Counted from the stretch's first letter, positions 1 through 16,176 are shown. The stretch is DNA of 64,000 nt from Amoebidium appalachense (GCA_963693365.1 CAVNZM010000011.1:7335921-7399920), one strand, 5' to 3'. The notes: a model not told the origin generated them from the letters alone. Made by a program: numbers and translations.

Positions 1-309
1 TGTGGGTGTGTGTGTGTGTGTGTGGGTGTGTGGGTGTGGGTGGTGGGTGGTGGTGGTGGTGGTGGTGGTGGGTGGGTGGGTATTGGAGGGGGGAGGTGCG
101 GGTGGGGGTGGGGGGGGGAGGGGGGGGGGGGGGATGGATCAAAATGGGATTCGTTTGCCTGGTTCGCGCCTTAGTGCAAATACACACATGGAAGGCCCAG
201 GCCGTTGGTTTTTCTCACGTCGATTTTTGTTGGGCATATGTCGAGTAAAAGGGACTCTGCACGTATTTGCAGTTGCTGACACTGATGCTCTTTGAACCCC
301 ATAGCGCAG

Positions 310-2308
<1,999 letters not shown>

Positions 2309-2835
2309 TGGTCAAGACAGGTATGTGCGTGCAGCCCGGTTGCGTACGCGCACATAGGTGTATAAAGAGTGCACTAGATGGTTTGTAGGTTGAACGAGCA
2401 TGCGGATCTAGACATGTGTGGTATGGTGTAATTACAGTGCTTGTGTCACTCCACATGTGCACATCTGTATTTTTGTGCGTGGGTAATACTATAGCAGAAA
2501 GGGTGTATCTGGTGTTTGTGTCTGCATGCGCGTACATGACAAGCAGAAATACTACCTCTAGATGGTCTAAACAGGTGTGTGCATGTAGGCCGGTTGTGTA
2601 CCCGTGCATAGGTGTACGAAGAGTGCAATAATGGTCTATGGTTGATAATTTGAGCAAGCATGCAGACGTTGTGATATGCTGACACTGTAATGGTAGTGTT
2701 TGCGTGGTGCAGATATGACTATGCGTGTGTTTGTGTGTGGGCACTAAAGAACGTGTGTAGCTGGTGTCTGTGTCTGTATGCGCGTATGTAGGTCATTTAG
2801 TTGGTCACTTCAAACTGTGACAGGAAATAGCGTGC

Positions 2836-2869
<34 letters not shown>

Positions 2870-2889
2870 AGACACACACACGTGTGCAT

Positions 2890-2938
<49 letters not shown>

Positions 2939-2944
2939 CACACG

Positions 2945-3037
<93 letters not shown>

Positions 3038-3591
3038 ACACACACACGCTTGCAGGTGGAGGCCATATTCTAACAGCTTGCACGTTTAGCAGGGATCCTG
3101 AGGGGCGCGAATCCGTACAAGCCATGGCCATAACACCCTCCCATCAAGACACACAGGGGTTAATGATGGTGCTTGATACTGTAGTCACAGGACTTTCCAT
3201 TCCCCTTCTATATACCGGAATTGATGCATAATCTAGAAAGAATCACACTGTTATCATCGCCGCCATTCGTATGGGCTAGCGCTGCAATGCAGTTTGTCAT
3301 TATAGTATTCTGTCAGTGAGCTAAGCTAGCAGGCTTCGTGTCTAGTCTGTTGCAGGCGAGAGGCATCAAACGAAACAAAACGAATGCATGTATGTCATAT
3401 GAATCCTATGTATGTCAGCCCGGGTTGACCAATTGAATCGAAAACTTCGTGACAGTTGTACGGCATATGTGCCATTATGACCGAGTCTCTTACAGGATAA
3501 TTGCCAGGCTGCCTTATAGCTGCTCATTACATTCCAACATTGTTGAGCCTTGATAACTGAAGCAACCTGAAAGTTTATGGGTAGCAGTGAT

Positions 3592-3643
<52 letters not shown>

Positions 3644-3655
3644 TGTGTGTGTCAC

Positions 3656-3705
<50 letters not shown>

Positions 3706-4000
3706 ATGCGTGTGCGTGCGTGTGCATGAGTGCGTGCGTGCGCGCGCACGCGCGTGTGTGTGGTGTGTGTACGTGTGTCTGTTACGTGTGTGTGCACGTG
3801 TGTATGGCTGTGTGCGGCATACATACCGTTTGTACGTGTGTGTGTGTATGTGTGTGTGTGTGTGTGTGTGTCTCTGTGGCAATGTCATATGCATGGCGCG
3901 TCTCTGTGCGCCCCGAGGTGTTTCTCTCTATCCAGACCTCTCAGAGTACGTACTCTCTCTCCCTCCCTCCCCCCCCCCCCCCCCCCCCCCCCCTCTCTCT

Positions 4001-4037
<37 letters not shown>

Positions 4038-4190
4038 CTCTCAGCTCTCTCTCTCCCCGAGCCCCTCTTTCTCTAGAGCTCTTCCCCTTCCCCCAGTCTC
4101 TAACTCCCTCCCTCCCTCCCCCCCCCCCCCCCCCCCCTCCCTCCCTCTCTGTCGCTTTGTCTCTCTCTCCCTCTCCCTCTCTCGCTCCGA

Positions 4191-4259
<69 letters not shown>

Positions 4260-6062
4260 TCTCTCATTCTCTCTCTCTCTCTTTTCTCTCATTCTCTCTC
4301 TCTCTCTCTCATTCTCTCTCTTTTCTCTCATTCTCTCTCTCTCTCTCTCTCTCCCCCCCCGAGGCTCTCTCTCTCTCTCCCCCTCCCTCTCTCTCTCTCT
4401 CTCTCTCTAACGACGCGGTAATTCGCAGTAATCGCGCTAATTACACACCAAACACACACCTTCCTTCTTTTTCATTTCTCTCCCTCTCTTTTTTTACTAC
4501 AAATAAGTGCAATAAACATTCAACGGTTTTTGAATCATTGACTGAGGCGTTCAACTGGGTCTACCGTATGATACCTACAACAATATTTAATTTCACACCC
4601 TGGTCATGGTTTGATTTTGCTCGACCAATCGGAGCTGACTGGCGGTCGCCAACCGTTTCCGACCCCTAAAAACAATAAATTCCGGAATAGCATGTGCCTC
4701 GATGCATTTACACAGTTACAATAATTTGCATACATGGAATTATCGATGGCTCCTCAGCCGAGCGAAATATTGTTATGATATTTATTGCTGTTCTGCGGAC
4801 GGATACTTTTCTATACTATGAGTATGTAATACTATGTATAATTTTGGCTTGCTTTTTTTTTGTGCCGGAGTCAGTTTTGATTGGTCCACAGAACGGCTAA
4901 TTTGTGCTCATTGGCAGCAAAATTAAGTGCCAATGTGAGTTGTGATTGGCTGTATGCCAAATTGCGATAAAAAAGACCATATATAGCCAGGCTTAGATGA
5001 CTAGCGTGCTTCCTATTGGGTAATAGTCATGAAGAGCAGAAGCTGTCTTGGCTTGGGACGTGACATCGCGTGGCCACAAGGAAGTATTCACAAGTTCTGA
5101 TCACAGACTCACACGTTCAACTGATCAACAAAACCTCAGACACGTGTGCAAGCACTATTTCATGTGCGTGTCTGACTTTGGGCTATAGTCTTCCCATTTT
5201 CTATGACAGAACCGAACTTGCCTGGTTTTTTTTTTTTAATGCAGCCTAGAGCAGATTCCGCGTACCAAAACGCAGGCGTTATTGAAGACAGCATTCTTTA
5301 TGCAACACACAACCTGACAGCATCAAAATACAGGAGCACAATACCCACCACCCGTTCCAAAGAAAAACATCTCTAAAACAAGCTTTATGTATTCTAATGT
5401 ATACAGCTTCCTGCATAGCTCACGTAGCCAAAATTATCGACTTCTTGGACACGAATCGCCTTCCCTGTGCACCCAATTCTCACAAAGAGACAACATATTC
5501 TGCTGGGAGCTTGCTTTCTTGCCTTCAAAACTAGGAAACGGCGTGAACACGAGAGGTGGTTCGCTCATGCGCGTGCATAGAAATTGCATATAGGAATATC
5601 CAGAGGCCCGGTGTGGGCGTGCGCAAGATGCGGCAGGTTTCACTTCTCATATGCTTTCAGGCCGCAATGGTCGCAGCCCTACCCCACCCAGCACGGTAGG
5701 TTGTATGTGCGTGCATGCCCGTGTGTGTGTGTGCGCGTGTGTGCGCGCGCGTGCGTGTTTGTGTGTGTGTTACATCGACTGGCTTTGTCGCTGCAGCATG
5801 GTTTTTACTTTTTCTGCAGGGACAACAAAGGCAACGCCATTTTGTGTGTTCGTGTCTAAGTGCTCTGACGATTTGCAGCGCATGTTTTAACGACTCGTGA
5901 AGATGAGACTTATCCTTTTATGGAGTTAGCCAAGTATGAGACGAGGTGCAAGAGAATCTCTAGTGGTTCACTGTGCTAACAGGCACAGTGAAAGTGGTTG
6001 TTTACCATGTCATTAGATAGTTCCACGTGGCTTGCAGGAAGTATGCTCTTGTTTCATAGTTC

Positions 6063-6230
6063 GCTCATATTCATAACCTAGACAATGTAAATGTGTCTTT
6101 GCAGAACTTGATGATTACGCTCATATTCATAACCTAGACAATGTAAATGTGTCTTTGCAGAACTTGATGATTACGCTCATATTCATAACCTAGACAATGT
6201 AAATGTGTCTTTGCAGAACTTGATGATTAC
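6063..6230. repeat. 56-bp tandem repeat x3
   Basis: GCTCATATTCATAACCTAGACAATGTAAATGTGTCTTTGCAGAACTTGATGATTAC repeated three times head-to-tail with no spacers. Confidence 0.95.
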
Positions 6231-6610
6231 ATGGTCAAACTTCTGTATGTAAATGTGTGTGCATCTGTATGGGTCTGTGTGCGTAGTCGCTTGAGGAACA
6301 AACTAGTTGCTAGTGGGCGTACCAATCACCTTACTCCGTCAACCTTCACCATGGACATGGTGCTTTGATCATCGTGCCGTGTTTTTTTCTCTGTTGTCCT
6401 CATCGTGTCCAAAGTGTATATTTGGTTGGTGGGTTGGTTGTTTAATTGTTTGTGTGTAGATCGGGCTTAGGTGTTAAGGTTTGGTATTATTTCTTTTTTC
6501 TTTTTTTTTTTTTTCCCCCAAACTCGTTCAATATCTTGAGTTTTTTCTTTCGTTCTCTTTTTTTTTTTTTTTTTTTGTGAGGGGTGGGGGTGGGGGGTGG
6601 GGGTCCACAG

Positions 6611-6810
6611 TTGCTGACGGAAGGGCGAGCAGGAGGGAAGGGGAGGGGGGCTGGGCGCAGGACATTACATATCGCATCACTGGAGGCCAGTCGGTGGTGA
6701 ATGTTAAGCCGTGGATGGCTGGCCTGAGATACTTCAAGAATGGAAAGGTAGGTGCATGTGTGTGCGTGTTTGGCATATCTCCCCCCCCCCCCCCCCCCCC
6801 CCCCTCCCCA

Positions 6811-6859
<49 letters not shown>

Positions 6860-7802
6860 CGCGTGTGTGTACGCGCGCGCATGCGCAAGTGTTTCGGTAC
6901 CTGTGGTGTGGAAGTGACAGCAGCCTCAGCATGCCTGTTTTTGTTTTTAGCCGCTGTACAAAAGAGATAGATGCTCGGTGTGCTGACCCGTGCATGCCTA
7001 CATTTCGACCTGCTCATACTAAAAGTGTATTTTCCATGATAGGGAACATCTGAGACATGCACGTGTTTGTTTGTGAGGCTTTGAATATATGTGGTGCCTG
7101 TATGCACCACCAACTGACACTGTGTGCACACAGTGGCAGAATTACTGCGGGGCTACACTGATTGCACCGTCATGGGCTCTAACAGGTACTGTATGTGCAC
7201 ACGCACGTCACGTAGACACACGCGCTGATTCTCACACACGCACACGCACACTCACTCACTCACGCGTATACACAAACACACAGAACACACACACACGTAC
7301 CAGTATCACCACCACCACCACCGCCAACATCCAACATAAGAGAAGAGGAGGGGGAGAAACAAAAAATGGTTGAAGTGCACATGCGCAGTGGCACATATAT
7401 ACAGATGTGCCTCACGCATTGACATACCTGTATGTTCGCATATTGATTCACTGCAAGCCCTGCATGATATTATTGAATGATAGCTAGAATCCCACCCACC
7501 ATAAAAATGTCTTTATGAAACTAAAAAAAAAGTAGGAATATATATTTCATGGTCATTTGCTAATGAAACTGTCGTGTTTGCGTTTACATACACCTTGCCT
7601 AATAATACATTTTGGGGCCTGATCCGAGGGGTATGAATACACAATGTGGCAGTGCACGTCCAGCCCCCATTAATCTTCTCCCGTCCACCCACAGCGGCTC
7701 ACTGTGTCGACAAAAACTTCATTCTCAACGACCATGTGTGGGTGGGCGGTAAGAGCTTCGATGACATGAGCCAGTACCAGGTGTTCGGCGTGGCTTCATA
7801 CA

Positions 7803-7838
<36 letters not shown>

Positions 7839-8277
7839 CAGTGTGTGGGGGGTGTGTGTCTCAGTGTATGTGGGTGTGTGTGTGTGTCTGGGTGGGTGTC
7901 TGGGCGGTTGGGTGGGTGAGTGAGTGGGTGAAGGGGTGTGTGGGTAGTGTGTGTGTGCGCCCACTTGCATGCTATTTTTCGTACTTGGGTGTGTACATGT
8001 GATATCACCTCTCTCGTGTGTGAGGTTCTGTAATAGATGATCATGTCCCCCTCTTTCCCCAGTCTTCCTTCGCACCAATACATGTCTCTCCATGACACAT
8101 TCATAACCCTCCCCCCTCCCCCCCTTTTTTATATTAAATTCTTTTTCCCCTTCTCCCACACAGTGCCACCCCCTCTGGGAGCCCTTCAACGGGCTACAAC
8201 ACGATATCTGTCTCCTGCGGCTCAACGGCACATCCGCTCTCAAACCAATCACCCTTAATAACGACATGTATGTGCCT

Positions 8278-8350
<73 letters not shown>

Positions 8351-8845
8351 GAAAGAAAGAAAGAAAAACATGCACACCTCCTCCCCCGCTTATGTCTCCC
8401 CTTTACATTTTGCGGTAGTATCCAACGATAGTAAGCGGCGGCAAAGATGCAAGGACAACGATTGATGACAAGAGATTTCGTTGTGGTTGATCGGGTGGGT
8501 GCTTGTGCATGTCTGTGTGTGTTAAAGGTGTATATGTGGGTAAGCAGGTGTCTGTGTGTGTATGGGTAGGCGTGTGGTACTGAATGGCTCGATTATACTA
8601 CCGTGTGCCTGCACTATCATGGCTTTAAGTGTCATGTTATCTATACTCTGTTGATGTGTTATTTAGTCTACTATCATATGTTGTGTATTCGTACAGTGGC
8701 TAAATCCCCACCCAATGCCTGCAGGCAATACGAGCAACCAGGCATGCAGGCTGTGGTGTCTGGATGGGGCGCTACAGTAGAGGACAAGGTAACACCCGTC
8801 GCGCGCGCGCGCGCGTGTGTGTGTGTCTGTCCCTCGCTGTTCAAT

Positions 8846-8891
<46 letters not shown>

Positions 8892-9211
8892 CCCCCCGAC
8901 TACACCACCACACACACACACACACGGTTGACAAAAATAGTCAGTGACAAAAATGATGTCATTGAGCCAAATGGTAATAATACTTGTGATTGATATCCCT
9001 TCTCCACCACTCCCCTGTCCACAAAACAAAAATACGATTATAAGCCACGCCATTCACCCCAGAAGCAAAAACATCCCGATAACATTCCATGCCTGGATCC
9101 CGTGTGCCCTTTAAGAGATGGCTAACACGTGTTCTTTAAGGGGTCACCGAATGCCAATGAAGTCATGTGGGTGGATGTGCCGATAGTCGACGACGATGAG
9201 TAAGCCCCCCC

Positions 9212-9263
<52 letters not shown>

Positions 9264-9650
9264 CTGGATTCCTGGCTCCTGTCCTGGACATTCTCTCTGG
9301 CAACAATGTTGTAGATGCACGTACTTACACTGAAGGCAAGGACACACACACACACACACACACACACGCGCGCGCGCGTGCAGTGCACGTGTCAGCGGGT
9401 GATGTGCATGCTTTTTGACAAATTCACACACATACCAACACAATGCCCATACGTAATTACACTCATGGAAAATAAGAGGAAAGAAGAAAAATGCGAATAA
9501 AAAAATAAAAACACGCTCAAACTTTCAAAACTTCCATTGGTTGAGCAACATTTACACAACACAACACACACCAGTTAACACACACCAGTTTCAAAGCAAC
9601 CGTGTTCGTACACAACAAACATGCAAGTTTACCAACCAACCAACCAACCT

Positions 9651-9714
<64 letters not shown>

Positions 9715-9844
9715 AGGTGCATAGCCAACTATGCGGACAGATACACCTCACCGGAGATGTTGTGTGCTGGCTACAAGGAGGGGGTTAAAGACGCATGCTA
9801 CGGTGACTCGGGGGGACCTTTGTATATCGATGGGCAGGACCTGC

Positions 9845-9894
<50 letters not shown>

Positions 9895-10229
9895 ACATGT
9901 GCCATTGAGTGTGGGGGATAGGGGGTGGCGGAACGGCACAGACGGACCGGGGTTTAGTTTTTAGACTTCTGAGTATGTGTGCATCTGGGGGATTACGAGT
10001 TGTGGTGGTATATTCTTTGCACGTAGTATTCTGTATGGTGCAGGCTCACCAAAGAATATACCACCACAACACCTTACGAGACACACGAGAGACACAAGGG
10101 CATGCATAAAAAACCCTACTTTTGTGTTCGAGGATGTGCTTTGTTTTTTTATGCATACTCTTTTTTGTGGGTGCTGTTCACTCTGCTTGTGTTGTCCGTC
10201 TAAATGTGTTTCTCGTATTCTATAACACA

Positions 10230-10260
<31 letters not shown>

Positions 10261-10377
10261 TTCCCCCTTTTTTTCCCCCCCATGACTTGGGCCTCCGCTT
10301 CATATTCCTTGTAAATGCTTTGCCACAAGATGCATTGTGTTTTCCGTCATGAATGTGTTCTCCGTACTCTGTGCTAA

Positions 10378-10414
<37 letters not shown>

Positions 10415-10585
10415 TCCTCCTCCTCCTCCTCCCCATCTCCTGTTCTCCCGTCTCAGGTAGGGATTGTGAGCTGGGGCAATGGGTGTGGGGAGGCCGGGTT
10501 CCACGGAGTGTACACGAGGGTAGCACACTACATCGACTGGATCAACAGCACCGTCGACCAGCCCCTGTCAATATGTACGTGCATC

Positions 10586-10629
<44 letters not shown>

Positions 10630-10907
10630 TCTCCTCCCCCTCCTCCAAGAAAAATGGAGAGAAAGAAGCCCATCTTTTCTCTTCCTCACACACCCAGACA
10701 CACACTCTCTCTCTCCTCTCCCTCCCTCTCTCTCTCGCTCTCTCGTTCTCTCTCTTTTTTTCGTCAAACAAACTGTTTGTGTGCTCTTTTCTGCAAAATC
10801 CACATTGTTGTGTCCGTTTTGAACCTGTACTTAGAGAATGCTAAGTACATGTTAGCATTGTGTCCGTTTTGAACCTGTACTTAGCATTCTCTAACACTTT
10901 CTGACAC

Positions 10908-10961
<54 letters not shown>

Positions 10962-11641
10962 CTCTTTCCTCACCACAGCCGGGCGCATGGTACCCGTTCC
11001 AGCACTAACTGATGACGACAACACGACGTCACCAAGCCCCCTAAATGCCACCTTGCCTGCCACCATTGTAGAGACACAGGCACAGTTCACTGCGGCAGCA
11101 ATAGCAATACAGCCGGAACCTACCCAGTCTGCAGACACACCAACAGACTTGCAAGTTGAGTTGCAGGATGAGCCGCAGCCGGCAGAGTGTCGGAATATGT
11201 GCAAGGTGTATCGCGGGACAATAGAGCAGAGGGTGAGTGTTGTGGGTGTGTGGCGTTTGTGGTGTGTATGGTTTGGTTGTGTAGGCGGATGGGTAGAACT
11301 GGATAAAAGTGTTTTTTTTTTTTTTTTTTTTTTTTTTTTGGGGGGGGGGGGGAAGGGATGTGTTTGGATGTTTTGTGTGTGTGTGTGTGTGTGTGTGTGC
11401 GTGCGTGTGTGTGTGTTTTTGGGTGTGTGTGTGGGGGGTGTCAGTATGTGTGTTACTTTTGTGCAAGGAATATGCACAAGAAGAATATGTCTCTTGCTGT
11501 TGTGTGTGTTTTGTGTAGATGCTCTCATACCATGAGTGTAATTGTTTGCATGTTCACTTTCCGGAACTCCAAATCCACACACTTTGTCTCCGTGAGCCTC
11601 CGTGAACCTTCATTTTCTCTTTCTCCCTTTGTTTTTTTCTT

Positions 11642-11680
<39 letters not shown>

Positions 11681-11681
11681 A

Positions 11682-11714
<33 letters not shown>

Positions 11715-12699
11715 ACCACCACCCACCCACCCACCCACCCACCTCCCCCCCCCCCCCCCCGCCTGCATGCACGCACATGCACACACCCCTAACCCAATTT
11801 TTTAACCCCCAGGACACGTCAACCACATACCGTGTGACAGTCAAGGCCATGCCACAGAGGCGCTACGGCTACCGAGTGTATGCAAAGAAGAGGCTGCTTG
11901 CATTCTACGAGGCACCAGATGACACCACACTGAGTGTGCTCAGATACCAGGGTATGGAAATCACCCCCTCCCTTCCCCCCCCTTCCCCCCCTCACCCTTC
12001 CCCTTCACCCGTCCCCTCCTCCCCCCGTTCCCTCGTCCTCCCCGGTCGAAAAAGAAATAAAACACGAGAAAAATTGATGGGATTGTATCCCCGTTAAGAA
12101 CTTACGACCATCACCCGTGAAACCACTGTCACCACTGACGTTTTGTTTTATTCCTTCGCCTTTCTGTGTGTGTGAGTTTGGGGTGGGTGGGCGGGCGGGC
12201 GGGGCAGGGTGTGTGTGTGTGTGTGTGTGGTATGTTTGTGTGGGTGGGTGGGTGGGTGGGTGGGTGGGTGGGTGGGCGGTAGGGTGTGTGGGTGGGGGGC
12301 CGGGAGGAAGGAAGGAAGGGGGGGGGGGGGGGGGGGGGGGGGGGAGAACATGTGTCCGCTTACAAGGAAGGGAATCAATCAACTTGCATTCCTACCCCCC
12401 TACACACTGTGTGCCTCCTTGTCCTCGTTGCTGTCAACTTGTTTGGCCACACGTTTAACTTAACGTTGTCTTTTTAACCCAGGCAACCGATTGGTCAACA
12501 CGGCCAAGGTGTACAGCTACGGGCTGGGGCGTGTGCGCATCTCTTTCTGTGTCAAGAAGGGAGAGTATGTGTGGGATGTGACTGCTGCTGCAAATATTGC
12601 CGGAGAGTACAAGGTACCTAACCACTAGCTACCCCCCCCCCCCCCCCCCCCCCCCCCCCACCACCACCACCACCACACACACTCACACTCCCCCGACCG

Positions 12700-12752
<53 letters not shown>

Positions 12753-13122
12753 CCCCCTTCGGAATCGGGGAATCTGGATGAATTAGTTTGGACTCTACCT
12801 ATGATGGATACACTTCGTGCGTGCTGTGCAGATCTGCAGTAGATCGTGCGTGGTGAATGTGTACTCATACACAAATTCACGCAGATCACGTGCTGCACCA
12901 TATCCGTGGCTGCTTACTCTTCCACCCCCATCATCCCCCCTCCTTCCCCCCTCCCCCCCCTTCCTGCCCCAATGAAAACCAATTCACTCCCAACCTTTGC
13001 GACAATGGATCATAATATATTTTTTTGCTGTTAGAATTGGCATTGTTTTGTGATACTAACGTATCCCCCCCTCACAGCTGTGGCTAATGGACGCGAACGA
13101 ACTTGAGGACTGCGACCAATGA
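6611..13122 (+). CDS. Trypsin-like serine protease (peptidase S1A) with S/T/P-rich linker and C-terminal PPC-like beta-domain; exons 6611-6747, 7134-7185, 7695-7804, 8164-8267, 8725-8788, 9141-9199, 9717-9846, 10457-10574, 10979-11232, 11813-11951, 12483-12613, 13078-13122
   Basis: All 11 introns are GT-AG and the phases join in frame. Motifs: activation site [28 protein letters not shown] (His), HDICLLRL (Asp), [21 protein letters not shown] (Ser, with Asp189-type trypsin pocket), [16 protein letters not shown]. The first exon is uncertain (candidate 6351-6432). Confidence 0.95.
9999..10070. repeat. Perfect 21-bp inverted repeat (72-nt hairpin) in a trypsin intron
   Basis: GTTGTGGTGGTATATTCTTTG (9999-10019) is the exact reverse complement of CAAAGAATATACCACCACAAC (10050-10070), with a 30-nt loop. 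Confidence 0.9.
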
Positions 13123-14430
13123 AACACAAGAACCCTAATGAGGCGTAATTAGCAGGCCTGGAGACATTTTGGCCAAGTGTCAGGTTTGTGTAAAAGAGAC
13201 GGCGAGTTCTCGCTAAGCATGTACACAGCAGCGCCATGTGTTTGCATTAGGGGACGCGAATGGTACCGAAACATTTTTCGGTGATTTTCATCGTGTTGCC
13301 CGTTTCATGCTCCAGATACATTTCACAAACTTTGGTCAGTGTCTATAATTAGCTTAGTTTGCTATCTAGCATGTAGATGGATAGCAGCGTAAACACCCTA
13401 TTTCTTGCATAATCTTTTCATAGTTCCTTTTGTACACTCAGAATGTACATGGTGTAATTGTTACCTATACATACACAGCCAAATCTGCGCGGATTCGCAA
13501 ATATCTCGCACGCATTTCTGTAGTATCCCTTGAGTATATGTACACTTGCAACCTTGTCATATCCACATCTGAGTATATCCCACACATGTAGATTTGCACT
13601 GGAAACACCAAGCGGCAGCGGGCTCTGCCTTGCGAACCAGTGCCAGCCCTGTCCGGTACAGGGTTAGAAAAAACATGATTCGGAAAAACGATTTATGGGC
13701 TTGTCCTCGCCCAATGGGTGAAATCGCCAAACAATTGCAAAGCAGCTGCACCAATTAGGCGAGTGGCCTGGATCGAATTAATTGGCTGCATATCATGCAG
13801 GCTACTATAAATAGCCACGTTCTTTTGAGGCCGTTAGCGCTAAGCCTGAGAGCCATGGCCGTATGCATTCCATTTACGTAAGTGAAAGAGAAGACGCAAA
13901 GGTGTGTGTGTGTGTGAGTGCACGTATGCCATGTGTGCGTGCGTGTGTGTGTGTGTGGGTTTCATATGTGTTTCTGTAATGGTGTTAGATGTCGCCAGCA
14001 CTTTGGGAAGGCCTTGTAAGCATGCATGTGTGCTTGTGTGCCAGACAAAATAATCATCCAATAAACCGTAAAATGGTCTCCATATTGTGAGCTTCAGTAT
14101 CCTAGGGTTATTGTATGTGTTAGACGAAAGTGTTGTGTGCTCCTTCTGCACAGAAGGAGCACACAATGTTAACGTACGGTAGCAGGTAAACATGAGTTTA
14201 TATTTATCAACCGGTATATCTAAGGGTTTCTCCAAAATATCACCGTGTGTATACTGACTGTACGTATACAACATGTAACCCTTGGTGGGTCACTGGGTCG
14301 TAAGGCGTCGTATTTGATATTACCCATTTTCAGCCACATTCACTTTGCAACATGTTCATGCTCACGATTCATACATTTTATATACATTGCATACTTTTAA
14401 GCCTGTTGTACAGTCGAGGCTCAATCCCTT

Positions 14431-14462
<32 letters not shown>

Positions 14463-14554
14463 TATTCCCTCCCGCTCTGACGTGTCGCCGAAAAGGTTGC
14501 TAACTTTAATAATACGATGATTTGGCACGCGATACGGCAGCCCCCATGCAAACA

Positions 14555-14589
<35 letters not shown>

Positions 14590-15029
14590 CCCCCCAAACA
14601 AACAAACACACCCACCGGTTGCAAACATGGAAGGAAGCAAAAGGGCTATATCAAGTGTTGGCTATAATAAATCAAATCTGCCCCTCTGGTCCCACGTGTA
14701 AGAAAAAGAAGCAATGTGGCTGTGTCGCGCTACTGCTGGTTGCATTCATCTGTGTTGTTGTTGTTTCTCACCGTCAGTACCCTTGTGGTGCCCTGCGGTA
14801 CAATCATCTGCCGCCGACTGCAAAATACCCCAAATGAGTCATGGCATGCACTGTGCACGTATAATGCGTGTGGCTGGTGGGTGTGAACGTGGACATACTA
14901 ATGTACGTATATGTGCTTTTAGAACAGAAGATATCGATAGATCACGACACAGGGGTTGCTTGCCTGTATGGTTGTGTCTATTGGGTTAAGAAATGAAAGA
15001 GGCGGTATGGATTTGTTATACACACACAC

Positions 15030-15079
<50 letters not shown>

Positions 15080-15178
15080 GCACACGAACAGAGGTTGCTT
15101 GTTGTCTCCATTTCCATTCCCTTTATTTTGTTTTCGTCGTCGTCGTCGGAGGAGTGGGGGGGGGGGGGGGGGGGGAGT

Positions 15179-15269
15179 GTTTGAATGCGTCAAAAAGTAC
15201 GAAGTACACAAGAACAAACGGATAACACGATGCAGAATGCAAGCCATACATAAAGAGTATGCATAATAA
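15179..15269 (+). repeat. 91-bp dispersed repeat, copy 1 (inverted relative to 20207-20297)
   Basis: GTTTGAATGCGTCAAAAAGTACG...GAGTATGCATAATAA is the exact reverse complement of 20207-20297. A diverged copy lies at ~10149-10230. Confidence 0.92.
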
Positions 15270-16176
15270 TAATAAGGCGGGGGGAGGGGGGGGGGTGTTG
15301 CAGGTCACACCTTTTCTTCAATCCCGGCTTTGTGTCCAACATACCAGGCTGCAAAACACAAAGCGATCAGCATTGTCCCCCCCCCAAAATAAGGCTCTTG
15401 AGGCCCGGACTAATTGATTTGGACGGGTCCTGACCAAGGCCTAAACAACTCTATTGCGGCTCAAAATCGATAGAAAAAGCTCAAATAAATTGCATATGCC
15501 GACAGGCGTGTGTCTTAACTACATACGTTACTAAGATGGTTTGTGGAAAATATAATTATTTCGTATACTTTTATATCTGTTTCTGAAGTGACTTTCGAGG
15601 TTTTGAGAAAATCTTGGAGTTGCCATCGAATGTCGACTGAGCCGGCCAATCATGTTTTGCCATTTGGAGCAATTTTCAGAATGCTCCAATCAGAAGATTG
15701 CACTGACAGCATTTCGATGTCGTCATTGACTCGTCAAGCCGGCAAGAACCCTTTGCAGTTAGACCATATACAAAGTATCGTTTTCAGAGCAAAGTTCAAT
15801 TTTTTTTGCAGAAGACGAAGGATATGTGTATATTTTACTCTCGTGCAACTTTTATTTGGGTTCCCTTCATGTTCACATTAGAGCACAAACTGACGCATGT
15901 CGATGTCAGTTGACTAGATGTCGATCTCGTGGAAATTACGGATCTGAACAGGATAATAGTGAAACACATGACCCTGCTCCCTTTGCCAGGACTCACATCT
16001 AGACCCATCCCTCCCGCCCGGGAGCATCCGGTGTTTCTCATCCACCCCCCTCCTCCCCCTCTCCCCCCACCCCACCCTCTCCCCATAATTCAGCTCTTCC
16101 CTTCCATGTGCCTCACATTCAGCCCCAGCCCCAGCCCCAGCCCCAGCCCCAGCCCCAGCCCCAGCCCCAGCCCCAG

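Noticed and set aside
4870-5060. Promoter call from clustered ATTGG/CCAAT boxes
   Set aside because: No TSS evidence and no confidently linked first exon.
6063-6230. CRISPR-like array
   Set aside because: Units are contiguous with no unique spacers, there are no cas genes, and the context is eukaryotic.
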